From: a virus | Taxonomy: Duplodnaviria; Caudoviricetes | IMG/VR virus record: IMGVR_UViG_3300046170_000364 | Location: 1 to 56,266 of that record | Length of the DNA stretch: 56,266 bases | Reading direction: 5' to 3' (one strand) | Shown: positions 1 to 10,650 of the stretch, piece by piece | How positions within the stretch are numbered: the first letter of the stretch is position 1 | Layout of the letters: every line of letters starts with the position of its first letter | Notes under the pieces: generated by a model | The model's input: only the letters and a program-made list of their open reading frames with translations | Databases searched by the model: none | What the model was told of the DNA's origin: nothing | Position numbers and translations under genes: made by a program

Positions 1-12
1 AAGGTATTCGGA
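1..12. other. Left genome end; putative filled-in 12-nt cohesive (cos) end
   Basis: AAGGTATTCGGA matches the last 12 nt (AAGGTATTCTGA, 56255-56266) at 11/12; lies just upstream of lambda-type terminase genes. Confidence 0.7.
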
Positions 13-154
13 TCGCACCATAAAAGTAGGCAATACGCTGCAAAGTTGTTTCGATAATGCAAGACACACCTCGCCCAGTAACCGAAATAGCGAAATCGGA
101 TATTTTATCATTTTTATTCTTATCGCGCTATCTTCGTATTATCGTATTTGAATC

Positions 155-712
155 ATGGCTCTCATTAGCAGGTCCGAAGCCGCACGCGCATTGGGCGTAT
201 CGCCTGAAGCTGTCTACGCAGCAGTAAAAAGCGGAAGATTATCGGTCAAGAAAGACGCATATGGCAAGCCTGTTGTGGATAGCGAAACAATGCGAGAGGA
301 ATGGGCCAAAAACACGCAGACGAGAATCGGTATCGGCCCTAAAGCCGCTGGCCCAGGCAAGGAGAAGAAGCCTTTGCGCAGTCGCGAGGAGAGGATGGCT
401 TCAGGATCGGAGCAGCCAAGGATCAGCAAGACCCAGGAGTCGATCCCTGACTATGACGAATCTCGCGCTCGAACGGAGCATTTAAAAGCAGAGCTGCTCG
501 AACTTGATCGACAGCAAAAAGAGGGACTCTTGGTCAAAGCAGAAGACATTGCGCTTGAGTGGTCAGAAATTATCACTCGCGCAAGAACGAAGCTATTAGG
601 GATACCAACCAAGGCGAAACAACGAATACCAGACTTAGATACAGACGCTATTGGTGTTTTAGATGATATTGTGCGCGAAGCCTTAGAAGATTTAGCTGGT
701 GACAGCGAATAA
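155..712 (+). CDS. terS: Terminase small subunit (Nu1-like)
   Basis: N-terminal HTH (SRSEAARALGVSPEAVYAAVKSGRL), coiled coil (YDESRARTEHLKAELLEL), directly upstream of and overlapping the gpA-like gene. Confidence 0.85.
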   Translation: MALISRSEAARALGVSPEAVYAAVKSGRLSVKKDAYGKPVVDSETMREEWAKNTQTRIGIGPKAAGPGKEKKPLRSREERMASGSEQPRISKTQESIPDYDESRARTEHLKAELLELDRQQKEGLLVKAEDIALEWSEIITRARTKLLGIPTKAKQRIPDLDTDAIGVLDDIVREALEDLAGDSE

Positions 713-2562
713 CGTAGAGAAACTAAGAAAGTCAGCCGCTTTAGCGTTTAAACCGCCAAAGAAGATGACTTTAAGCGAGTGGGCGGACTCTTATGCCTAC
801 TTAAGCGCAGAATCGAGCGCAGAAGGCGGAAGATGGCACACGCTGCCTTACCAGAAGGGGATAATGGATGCGATCACGAATCCCAAGATCGAGCAGATCA
901 GCGTGATGAAAAGTGCCCGTGTCGGGTACAGCAAAATTCTTAATCACGTCGCGGCCTTTCATATTCATCAGGATCCGTGCCCGATCATGATTGTGCAGCC
1001 CACCATTGAGGATGCACAGGGCTATTCAAAGGAAGAGATCGCGCCAATGTTGCGTGACACGCCTTGCCTCAAGGGTGTAGTGAGCGAGGCCAAGTCAAAA
1101 GACGGAGCCAACACGATCCTGCAGAAGCAGTTTCCTGGCGGGAGCCTGAGTCTGGTGGGCGCTAACAGTCCGCGTGGCTTCAGGCGGGTCAGTAGGCGAG
1201 TGGTGCTATTTGATGAGGTTGACGGCTACCCACCCTCAGCTGGTACTGAAGGGCGACCAGATCAAGCTTGGCATTAGGCGTACTGAGTATTACTGGAACA
1301 GAAAAATCGTGGCGGGGTCCACTCCAACGGTTAAGGACTTCAGCCGTGTCGAGCGAATGTTTCTGCAGGGTGATCAGAGGCGTTATTTCGTGCCGTGCCC
1401 TGATTGCGGTCATATGCAGTATTTGAAATGGGCAAATATGAAGTGGCACGACAACGACCCTGACACGGCTAGTTACTGCTGCGAAAGCTGTGGCGTATGG
1501 ATCCCGGCAGCGAAGAAGCGTTGGATGGTTGAACGCGGTGAGTGGCGGCCCACCGCGCCTGGTAATGGTAAGCATGTTTCGTTCCACATTTGGGCGGCGT
1601 ACAGCTACAGCCCAAACGCAAGCTGGTCAACTCTGGTCGAGGAGTTTCTTGATGCGAAAAACGACGCAGAGCAGCTGAAGACATTCGTGAACACTGTTCT
1701 GGGCGAGACGTGGGAAGACGAGTATGCGTCGAAGGTTAATGCCGACGGTCTCAGCGAACGTTCAGCTGATGAAAAGGTACAAGCAGGGCGTGGTGCCTGC
1801 AGAGGCATTGTTGCTCACTGTTGGCTGTGATACGCAGGACGACCGCTTGTCGCTCAGTGTTTGGGGATGGGGCCGCGAGGAGCAAGGGCTGGTTGATCGA
1901 CAGGGTGAAAATTTACGGCGACCCGTCGCGGAAAGACGTGTGGAAGCAGTTGGACGAGATTGTGCAGACGCCTTACAAGTCTGAGGATGGTCGTGAGTTG
2001 AAGCCAATAGTGGTAGCCATTGATAGCGGCGGCCACCACACCAGCGAGGTGTATCAGTACGCAAGGGAACGTCAGAGCTTGGGCGTCGTTGCGATCAAGG
2101 GCATGTCAACCAAGAACAAGCCGCCAATTGGCAAGGCAAGCAAGGTTGACCTGAACGCGCAGGGCAAAACGCTCAAGAAAGGGAGCTCAGGTTTTCCCTG
2201 TTGGATCGGACACGATCAAGTCACTTCTGTTCGGCAGGCTGAAGCACAACGATGTCGGCCCAGGGTATTTGCATTTTTATCCAACAGTCGAGAAAGATTA
2301 TTTTGAAGAATTGACGGCAGAAAAGCAGATCCTTAAGTACAAGAATGGGTTCCCTGTGAGGGTTTGGGTCAAAAGCAGCAGTGCAAGAAACGAGGCGTTG
2401 GACGAGCTTGTCTACGCTTACGCGGCATTAAATCGTGTGTATCAAATCAAAGACCGCAGGACGTTATGGGATCAGATGGAAAGAACCCCTGAAGAACAGA
2501 AAGAGTCCAAGCGTGCAGTTTCGGCTAAGCGAACTCAGAAAAGTTTCGTTAATCAGTGGTAA
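699..2562 (+). CDS. terL: Terminase large subunit (lambda gpA family), split over four ORFs by indels
   Basis: Walker A-like KSARVGYS, VLFDEVDGYP, STPT, CPDCGH zinc motif, DTQDDRL, AIDSGGH and RNEALD, in order across ORFs 699-1277, 1174-1830, 1821-2306 and 2269-2562. Confidence 0.95.
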
Positions 2563-2597
2563 GAGTTAGACTGCTCAATATCAAGTGACTTATGTAG

Positions 2598-3189
2598 ATG
2601 GCAATCCCTCCATCCATAACAAGCGGCGTGGATGCGGTATGGGTTGATGCCGAGACTGTTGACGTGTTTGGCGATGCTGTAACCAGCTCCACTCACTCTC
2701 TGGTCTATTACTTTCGCCTTAACACCAATTCGCAGGGCTTAACGGCAACGGCGGTTGCTTACAACAGCGGCTGGAAGACTACGCTGACTGCTGCCGCGAC
2801 TGGTTCAGCAGACCCCAGTCCTAGCTGGTTTTTTCAAGCTGTTCTCACGAAGACCGGTGATAGCACTGTTCAGGAATACAGCCGAGGCCAGATTGAGATT
2901 CGCCCTTCTTTGGCGTATACGGGCACACCTGGAGCGTTTGACGGCAGGACGCAGGCTCAACAGGACTTGGATGCAGTAAAAGCAGCCATCAGGTCCATCG
3001 TTTCTGGCGGCGCTGTCTCTGAGTATAAAATCGGGAAGTCGTAATTTAAAGCGATACGATCTCTCAGGAATTAATCGAACTTGAGTCAAGATTAAAGTCT
3101 ATCGTGGCTAAAGGAGAATAAAGCCAAACTGATTGCCTCAGGGCCTTGGCGATCCACATAATCTCTACGTTCGATTTAACGGAAGCTGA
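2598..3189 (+). CDS. Head-tail joining / head completion protein (gpW-like C-terminus), frameshifted near the 3' end
   Basis: Between terL and portal; C-terminal LDAVKAAIRSIVSGGAVSEYKIG followed in shifted frames by RNLKRYDL-like sequence; stop at 3187-3189 overlaps the portal ATG. Confidence 0.6.
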
Positions 3190-4674
3190 TGGGACTTCGT
3201 ACACGATTTCTAAGAACGCTGGGGCTCCAGCGAGTGCCACGGGATCAGCCTCGTCGCCGTCGCCGTAGCTATGCGGGTGCGATTGTTTCGCGTCTTACTA
3301 GCGACTGGATGAGCACTAGGGCCAGTGCTGATGCCGAGATTCGGAACAGCCTGAGCAAGCTGCGCGACCGTTCGCGTGAGATGGTGCGGAATAATCCGTA
3401 TGCAAAGCAGGCGAAGCGCACCACTCAAGTCAATGTCGTTGGCAGTGGTATCAAGCTCCAGTCCCAGGTTCAGCAGGTTCGTGGCCGGAAACCCAGTGAA
3501 GCGATTAATCGCCTCATTGAAGAGAAGTGGCATTTATGGACCCGTGCGCAGTATTGCGATGTTGCGGGGCGACATAGCTTCCACATGATGGAATGGCTGG
3601 CGACTGGTGCTTTACCTGAATCAGGCGAAGCGTTGTTTCGCATCATCCGGCGTCCGTTTGGGGGCAGCAGGGTGCCATTGGCCCTTGAGATGATCGAGTC
3701 TGATGTGCTTGATGAGGAGTATCAGGGACCAACGCTCGCGAAGCTCAATGAGTGGAGGATGGGCGTTGAGATCAACGAATGGGGTCGCCCTGTTCGTTAT
3801 GCGTTCTTAACTCGTCATCCTGGCGACTATTGGTTCCAGAATGCACCTCAGAAAGGTGACAAGCATGTTTTCCTGCCTGCGGAAGACGTAATTCACTTGT
3901 TTCTTCCAGAGCGTCCGCAACAGCATCGCGGAGTGCCCTGGTTCCATTCAGTGATGGCTGATGCTCATCAGTTGCAGGGTTACGAAGAAGCCGCTGTGAT
4001 TCGCGCCCGTGCTGGTGCTTCTGTAATGGGATTTGTCACAAGCCCAGAGGGTGAGCTTGAGGGCGATGATGTCGAAGCTGATCGCAGAATTAGCGAGTTT
4101 GAGCCTGGGATGTGGAAGTATCTGGAGCCTGGTCAGAATGTTGAGCGTTCCAAACATCAGCTCGCCTGATCAGCAGTACGAGATGTTTGTGAAGAATAAG
4201 GTTCGGCGTTTTGCGTCAGGTTTTGGTTGTTCTTACGAGACGTTATCGCGTGATTTCAGCGAGACGAATTACAGCAGCAGCCGGTTGAGTTTGCTTGAAG
4301 ATCGTGAGCACTGGAAGGTTATTCAGTCTTATTTGATCGAAAACTTTCATAATCGGGTATTCCGCGAGTGGCTTGACTTAGCTGTATTGGCTGGTGAGCT
4401 TCCGTTCGATGATTACGATTCACGTCCTGAGCGTTATGACACTCCGCGATGGATGGCTCGCGGATGGGATTGGGTTGATCCATTGAAGGAAGCAAAAGCT
4501 TATCGCCAGATGGAGCAGGCTGGTTACATGACCAAGGCTCAGATCGTCGCGAAGCTTGGCGGAGACTTCTTTGACAACCTCACTGAGTTCTCTCGTGAAC
4601 AGCAAGCAGCCGAAGAGCTTAACGTTGAGCTTGATCGTGACATTATTGATGAACTCCCAGAGGAGGTTGAGTGA
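3189..4674 (+). CDS. Portal protein, lambda family (frameshift near 4145)
   Basis: LRDRSREMVRNNPYA, GVEINEWGRPVRY, QHRGVPWF, NYSSSRLSLLE and WVDPLKEA motifs. Confidence 0.93.
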
Positions 4675-7131
4675 TGCCTGCAATGCCAACTGAAGGTATG
4701 CGCGAAGAAGCGCAACGTTATAGAGATTGGAAAGAGGATGGCCGCGATGGTGGTACTGAAGTAGCCGCTCGTCGCGCCACTCAAATTCTCAGCGGCAACG
4801 AACTCAGTGATGACACAATCGTCGAGATGAGTGCTTGGTTTGCTCGCCACGAAGTAGACAAAAAGGCTGAGGGGTTCAGCCCTGGAGAGGAAGGTTATCC
4901 TTCTCCAGGCCGTGTTGCCTGGGCTGCCTGGGGTGGTGACGCTGGCAAGGCTTTTTCTGATCGCACTGTTGAATCCATGGACCGCTCAATCGATGAAGAG
5001 ACCAGGGCCGAACCTGACGGCCTGAAGGTTGGTGATTTTGTTCGCTGGAGTTCGTCTGGCGGCAGCGCACAAGGCAAGATCACAAGAATTGTTCGCGATG
5101 GTCAGATCGACGTTCCTGATAGCGAGGTTGTCATCAATGGCGAAGAAGATGACCCTGCAGCTTTAATTCAAATTTATCGCGAAGGCGATGATGGCTGGGA
5201 ACAAACTGATGTTTATGTAGGACATAGATTCAGTACACTGACAAAGATCGAAGCCTTACGCGCAATGGAACTTACTTCGGAGGTGCCTGATGTTGTTGCA
5301 GAAGAGAGTTCTAAAAAAGAATTGTCTCGCGATCTTGAAGGTACAAAATTCAAGCGTGTTGAAGCGACAAGTTTCAACATGGTTGACGAAAGGAGCATGG
5401 AATTTCCATTCAGCTCTGAATATCCCGTGGCTCGTTACTTTGGAAACGAGATCTTGAGCCATGGCATGGAGTCTGCGAATCTTTCGCGACTCAATGATGG
5501 CGCACCGCTTCTTTATAACCATGATCCAGATCGCATGATCGGCGTTGTCGAACGTGCTTGGGTTGATGGTGAGAAGAAACGCGGTTACGCCAAGGTGCGC
5601 TTTTCGCGCAATAAATTTGCGCAAGAAGTGCTCCAAGACGTTCGCGATGGAATCCTTCGCGGCGTTTCTTTCGGCTACTCCATTGATAAAATGGAGGAGC
5701 GTGAAGATGGCCTCGTAGCTACCAATTGGTCGCCTTACGAGGTTTCGTTAGCTGTTATCCCAGCTGACCCCACTGTCGGAGTTGGGCGTTCTCTTGAGAT
5801 CGACGACTCTGACCTAAATGTTGAGGTTGAGCGTTCTTTACAGGACGCCGACCCTGACACTGCGGCTTCGACCGCATCTCCCGTAAACACAGTGACTGAA
5901 GTCATGGAAAGCACCACAACTGATGTGGAGGTGATCCGGTCTGAGGCCGTAGAGGCCGAACGTAACCGGATTGCATCCATCAACAAACTCGGCGAGCGTC
6001 ATAACCTCTCCGATCTTGCACGCGAATTGATCTCCGGCGGCCAGTCTGTCGATGAGGCTCGCGCTGCTGTCCTCGAAAAAATCGGAACTCAACCCGTGGA
6101 ACACAGCATCACCGCCAACGACATCGGCCTCTCTGATAAGGAGACCCGTAGCTTCAGCTTCGTCAAAGCTCTGAACTATCTCTCTAACCAGGGTGATGCT
6201 CAGGCTCGTCGCGATGCAGCATTTGAAATCGAAGTTGGCGAGGCTGCTGCCAAGCAGTACGAGCGTTCTTCAAACGGCATCGTTATTCCTAACGAAGTCC
6301 TCCGTCGCGACTTGGTTGTAGGTACACCTACAGCTGGTGGCGACTTGGTTGACGACGTGCTTCTGGCTGGAAGCTTCATCGACCTGCTTCGTAACCGCTT
6401 GTCAATCGCTCAGGCTGGCGCAACGATGCTGACCGGGCTGCAGGGCAATGTGTCAATTCCCGCGTCTGACTTCTGCTGCGACTGCTTACTGGGTTGGCGA
6501 GAACGCTTCTCCTAGCGAGTCTCAGCAGGCCATCGATCAGGTCAATATGACACCCAAGACCGTGGGTGCATTTGTTGATTATTCAAGGCGTCTTCTGCTT
6601 CAAAGCAGCATCGACGTTGAAGGCATGGTTCGCAACGACCTTGCCCGTGTGATCGCACTGGAAATCGACCGCGCTGCCATCTACGGCACCGGCTCTTCCA
6701 ACCAGCCTCAAGGCTTGACCAACGTGAGCGGTATTGGCTCCGAGACCCTTACGGGCACCGGCACCTTCACTGAGTACATCGCGATGGAGACCGACGTTGC
6801 TGCAGCCAACGCTGATGCTGGCGCTCTTCGTTACATCGTCAACGCCACCACTCGTGGCGGCCTGAAAGGCACCAAGAAGGACGCTGGAAGCGGCGAGTTC
6901 GTCTTCGCTGATAACGAGATCAACGGTTATCCCGTGATCGTTTCCAACCAGCTTGCTTCTAACGACGCACTGTTCGGTGACTTCTCCATGTTCATCATGG
7001 GCATGTGGTCTGGCTTGGATCTCACTGTTGATCCTTACGCTGGCGCTACTGCTGGCACCGTTCGCGTCATCGCTCTTCAGGATGTTGACTTTGCTGTCAA
7101 GCAGCCTTCTGCCTTCTGCTTCGCTAGCTGA
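4671..7131 (+). CDS. Fused N-terminal domains + HK97-type prohead protease + scaffold + major capsid protein (frameshift near 6460)
   Basis: Protease motifs PLLYNHD, VSFGY, PYEVSLAVIPADPTVGVGR; HK97 capsid motifs P(R)LTSAATAYWVGE, IYGTGSSNQPQG, LFGDFS, VDPY. Confidence 0.92.
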
Positions 7132-7136
7132 AGCTC

Positions 7137-7379
7137 ATGAGAGTTGAAATCACACGCAATGTGATGATCAACGGGGAGCCTGTGAAAGCAGGCTCTTTTG
7201 TTGAAGTCGAACAAGGCATTGCCACACTGCTGATTAACAGTGATAAGGCCAAAGTGGCCGCAGATCTTAAGCCGCTTGCTGAGGCCGCTCCATCGTGCCC
7301 TCCGAAGGCACCGTCCTGTCCGCCTAAGCCTCCTGCACGGCGTGCCAGTAAAAAGCAAACCCTTGGAGAAGACCAATGA
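7137..7379 (+). CDS. Small head-associated hypothetical protein
   Basis: Short ORF directly after capsid gene, Pro/Lys-rich tail, coupled to next gene. Confidence 0.6.
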   Translation: MRVEITRNVMINGEPVKAGSFVEVEQGIATLLINSDKAKVAADLKPLAEAAPSCPPKAPSCPPKPPARRASKKQTLGEDQ

Positions 7380-7747
7380 CCATCCTTTCTGTTGGCTTAG
7401 AAAAGCTTTCGCATTTTGCGTTAGCACCAACAGCTTCACGAACTTCTGCTCTTGACGGAACAGCTGTTGACCTGAATGACTACGAAGGCGACATTTGCGT
7501 AATTCTCGATGTCGAGAATGGCGGAACTTCAACTTTGGATGTCAAGATTCAATCGGCTGACACGTCTGGTGGAACTTACTCTGACGTTACCGATGCTGCG
7601 TTTACTCAAGTGAGCACGAGCGCAAGTAAGCAGACGTTAGTTTTTGACAAAGGAAGCGCAAAGCGTTTCATCAAGGCTGTTTCAACAGTATCTACTTCAA
7701 CCCACACCTATAGCGTCAATGCTTTTGGTGCTCTGAAGTACGCCTGA
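7376..7747 (+). CDS. Putative head decoration/cement protein
   Basis: 123-aa beta-rich Ser/Thr-rich ORF after the capsid gene and before a terminator. Confidence 0.5.
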   Translation: MTILSVGLEKLSHFALAPTASRTSALDGTAVDLNDYEGDICVILDVENGGTSTLDVKIQSADTSGGTYSDVTDAAFTQVSTSASKQTLVFDKGSAKRFIKAVSTVSTSTHTYSVNAFGALKYA

Positions 7748-7758
7748 TAGCTGTATGT

Positions 7759-7779
7759 GCCCGGTTCGTCCGGGCTTTT
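7759..7779 (+). terminator. Rho-independent terminator after head genes
   Basis: GCCCGG-TTCGT-CCGGGC followed by TTTT. Confidence 0.7.
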
Positions 7780-7782
7780 CTC

Positions 7783-8072
7783 ATGGCATTTACAGAAGAC
7801 TTAAGCGTTTTTTTGAGTAGTGCTGATTTTGCTGTTCCTGTTGTTGCTGGCTCCACTACTGGGCTAGGGATACTGGACATGCCAAGCGAGATCATTGCTG
7901 ACGGAGTGGTGCTCACAACTGATTACAAGCTGACGTGTGAATCGTCAAAGTTTGGTGGCTTGTTGCATAGCGATGCAGTGTCAGTTGATGGAGTGAACTA
8001 CACTGTCAGGACGTGCAAGTCTTGTTCGACGACGGCAAGTTCGTCGAGTTGATGCTGATGAAGGACTCATGA
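7783..8072 (+). CDS. Head-tail adaptor (FII-like), frameshifted near the 3' end
   Basis: MAFTEDLSVF..DF..GILDMPSE..VDGVNYTVR; position in the neck module. Confidence 0.6.
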
Positions 8073-8392
8073 CCATTGAAATTGGTTATTTCGCTGACAA
8101 CTCTAAGAACATTCATTTCTGGGATCCTCTCACGGCTGATGGCTCAACGCCTGCGGTGAAGATCGCTGGCATTAACTTTGTATTTGTTCATAAGATTGTT
8201 GGTGCAAATGTAACTGTTATTGACGAGGGGTCTTTAAATGGGACTGATTGGTTTCCTCTTGAGTCTCATTCTCATTCTGGTAGCGGTATCGACGCTCATT
8301 TTTACTCCAACTCTCCTGTACTTTATGTCAGATGCACTGCGAGTAATGTATCCAATAGCGAATCTTTCTACGGCTCTGTGATGTGTGACTGA
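8069..8392 (+). CDS. Hypothetical virion protein
   Basis: 107-aa ORF coupled to both neighbours (ATGA/TGATG overlaps). Confidence 0.6.
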   Translation: MTIEIGYFADNSKNIHFWDPLTADGSTPAVKIAGINFVFVHKIVGANVTVIDEGSLNGTDWFPLESHSHSGSGIDAHFYSNSPVLYVRCTASNVSNSESFYGSVMCD

Positions 8393-8824
8393 TGACTACT
8401 AGACGCGAGCAAATCTTGGCACAGATCGCCACAACCGTTAGCCAGCACGGCTGGAGTTAATGGGAGGGTGTATCGGTCAGCGAGTGACCGGCAGCTGCCA
8501 GGGCCTGAGACGCCAATGATCGTGATCGAGCCCGTAAATGATGTCGCACAGCAGCAAACATCATTACCAAAACTTGACTGGACAATGCGGGTAAGAATAG
8601 TCGTAATCACAAGGTCAACAACTCCTTACACGGATGCGGATTCAGTGATTGAATCGATGCACTCAAAAATAATGGCTGACTTGACTGTTGGAGGATATGC
8701 AATTGATGTGCAGCCCGTGCTAACAAGCTTTGAGTTTCTTGATGCAGACCAACCTGCTGGGGTCTTTTCTAATGAGTACGACGTTAAATACAGAACAGCA
8801 TTAGCAGACCTTACTGTCTACTAA
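8392..8824 (+). CDS. Tail terminator / tail completion protein (frameshifted near the 5' end)
   Basis: Starts MTTRREQILAQIA at 8392 and continues into ORF 8468-8824; lies just before the tail tube gene. Confidence 0.65.
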
Positions 8825-8849
8825 GGTTTAAGCAGTTGCAAGGATTACG

Positions 8850-9086
8850 ATGAAAGACGAGTACAGCGGTCAAGGTGGGTCGTATCTTCTCGATCCAGAA
8901 ACCGGAAAACGCACTCTGATTCAGCGAACACTTCCCGCCGACCCCCAACAAGAAAATGGCACCACTTCTTCTACGGAAACGACTGATTCTGATCGAAACA
9001 GAGTCGAGCTACGGAGTCGATCCGACTCCAACAGGAACCGACGCGGTTTTGGTGAGAGATCTGAACATCACCCCACAGCAGAGTGA
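8850..9086 (+). CDS. Small hypothetical protein (GQGGSYLLDPETGKR motif)
   Basis: AAGGA RBS-like sequence upstream; 3' part overlaps the tail tube gene. Confidence 0.5.
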   Translation: MKDEYSGQGGSYLLDPETGKRTLIQRTLPADPQQENGTTSSTETTDSDRNRVELRSRSDSNRNRRGFGERSEHHPTAE

Positions 9087-9894
9087 TGTTGTTAATCGTG
9101 ATCTGATTCGTCCTTATCTTGGAGCATCAGAGCAGCTTCTTGCCAACACTCGCGTTGAATGCACGTTCAGCGTTGAGCTAGCAGGATCTGGTACTGCTGG
9201 CACTGCTCCGCAGTACGGCAAGGCGCTTCAAGCTTGCGGCCTTAGTGAAACGGTGGCTGCTGGTACTAGCGTGACTTACGCACCAGTAAGTTCAAATTTC
9301 AGCTCAGTCACCATTCACTACAACATTGATGGCGTTCGTCACAAAGTGACCGGTGCTAGAGGAACATTCACTTTGAATGGATCTGTTGGAGAAATCCCTT
9401 CGATTGATTTTACTTTCACTGGGATCTATAACGCTCCTGACGATTCGGCACTGCCTAGCGTTACTTACGCAAACCAGGCAACACCGCTGATCTTTAAGAA
9501 CGGCAACACAGACACATTCTCCTTACTGTCTTACTCTGGCTGCTTGCAGTCAATCAGTCTAGACATCGGCAATTCTGTTGTTTACCGAGAGTTGATTGGT
9601 TGCACGAAGGAAGTGCTGATCACTGATCGCAGTGCAAGCGGTAGCGTGAGCCTTGAGATGATCTCGATTGCCACGAAGGACTACTTCACTGCTGCTTTGA
9701 CTGACAACACGCTTGGCGACTTGACGTTCCAGCATGGCACCACTGCTGGGAACATTGTTGATTTTTCGAGCAGTCAAATCGACATTGGTGATGTGAGCTA
9801 TGCCGACCAAGACGGCATTGCGATGCTGAACATCCCATACACCGCGATTCCCTCAACAGCAGGGAATGATGAGTTCAGCTTGGTGTACACTTGA
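8956..9894 (+). CDS. Major tail tube protein
   Basis: 312 aa with IETESSYGVDP, FSVELAGSGTAGTAPQYG and GARGTF; followed by a terminator and chaperone/TMP genes. Confidence 0.85.
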   Translation: MAPLLLRKRLILIETESSYGVDPTPTGTDAVLVRDLNITPQQSDVVNRDLIRPYLGASEQLLANTRVECTFSVELAGSGTAGTAPQYGKALQACGLSETVAAGTSVTYAPVSSNFSSVTIHYNIDGVRHKVTGARGTFTLNGSVGEIPSIDFTFTGIYNAPDDSALPSVTYANQATPLIFKNGNTDTFSLLSYSGCLQSISLDIGNSVVYRELIGCTKEVLITDRSASGSVSLEMISIATKDYFTAALTDNTLGDLTFQHGTTAGNIVDFSSSQIDIGDVSYADQDGIAMLNIPYTAIPSTAGNDEFSLVYT

Positions 9895-9914
9895 TCTGAC
9901 GAGATGGGCTCCTG

Positions 9915-9943
9915 AGGCCGTGTTGGAGAGCACGGCCTTTTTT
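9915..9943 (+). terminator. Rho-independent terminator
   Basis: AGGCCGTG-TTGGAGAG-CACGGCCT followed by a T run. Confidence 0.8.
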
Positions 9944-9977
9944 ATTGCTGTAAGCTAATTGCAGTTAAATTTGCTCA

Positions 9978-10304
9978 ATGGCTTTCGTTCGCAAAAAGGT
10001 CAAAACTTTTAAATGGCCTGTAACCGTGGAAGAACCTGCTGACGGTGGGGTCTTTGATGACTCTAGTTTTGACGCAGTATTCAAAAGAGTTCCACGGTCT
10101 GAGTTCCAAAAGCTTGCGGATAAAGGCGATCTTGACTTGCTTAAAGCAGTGATGACTGGATGGGAAGGAATCGAGGATGAAGACGGCAAGCCGTTGCCGT
10201 TCTCCCAAGCAGCAATGAAAGAATTTGCTGATGACCCATATTGGATTCGTGGTGTCCTGAAGGCTTACACCGAAACGTTTGAAGGCGCGAAACTGGGAAA
10301 CTAA
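9978..10304 (+). CDS. Tail assembly chaperone (gpG-like)
   Basis: Between tube and TMP; GWEGIEDEDGKPLPFS motif; ends with G-GGA-AAC-TAA. Confidence 0.85.
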   Translation: MAFVRKKVKTFKWPVTVEEPADGGVFDDSSFDAVFKRVPRSEFQKLADKGDLDLLKAVMTGWEGIEDEDGKPLPFSQAAMKEFADDPYWIRGVLKAYTETFEGAKLGN

Positions 10305-10650
10305 AAGATGCCGTCAAGTATTGGGCGAATGGCGGCAAAAGAGTAGAGGACAAGAGTGCAGATGACGCTGCGGCATTTGGATTGAAGCCGCAGCGTCAGG
10401 CCGCTCCTGAAAGAGGAGCACTTTGAGGTATGGGAAGAAAACTGGGATGCGTTGATGATGTTCTTGCGGATGCAAACGCAATGGACCGTCACCGATGGGA
10501 GGTTACGTTGGATTGAAGTATGAGGTTTTGCTAGGTGCGTCAGGGCTGATGTCCCTTTATGATGTAAGAAATCCCCGTGAGATGCTGGAGAGCCTTCAAG
10601 TAATGGAAGCTGCTGCACTCTCTGAGCTGAACAAGAAAGATGGCAAGTAA
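10295..10650 (+). CDS. Tail chaperone gpT-like extension (DUF1799-like), reached by -1 frameshift; carries extra indels
   Basis: The -1 frame from GGGAAAC reads LKDAVKYWANGG..., then in shifted frames FEVWEENWDALMMFLRMQTQW...GLKYEV...LQVMEAAALSELNKKDGK*. Confidence 0.75.
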
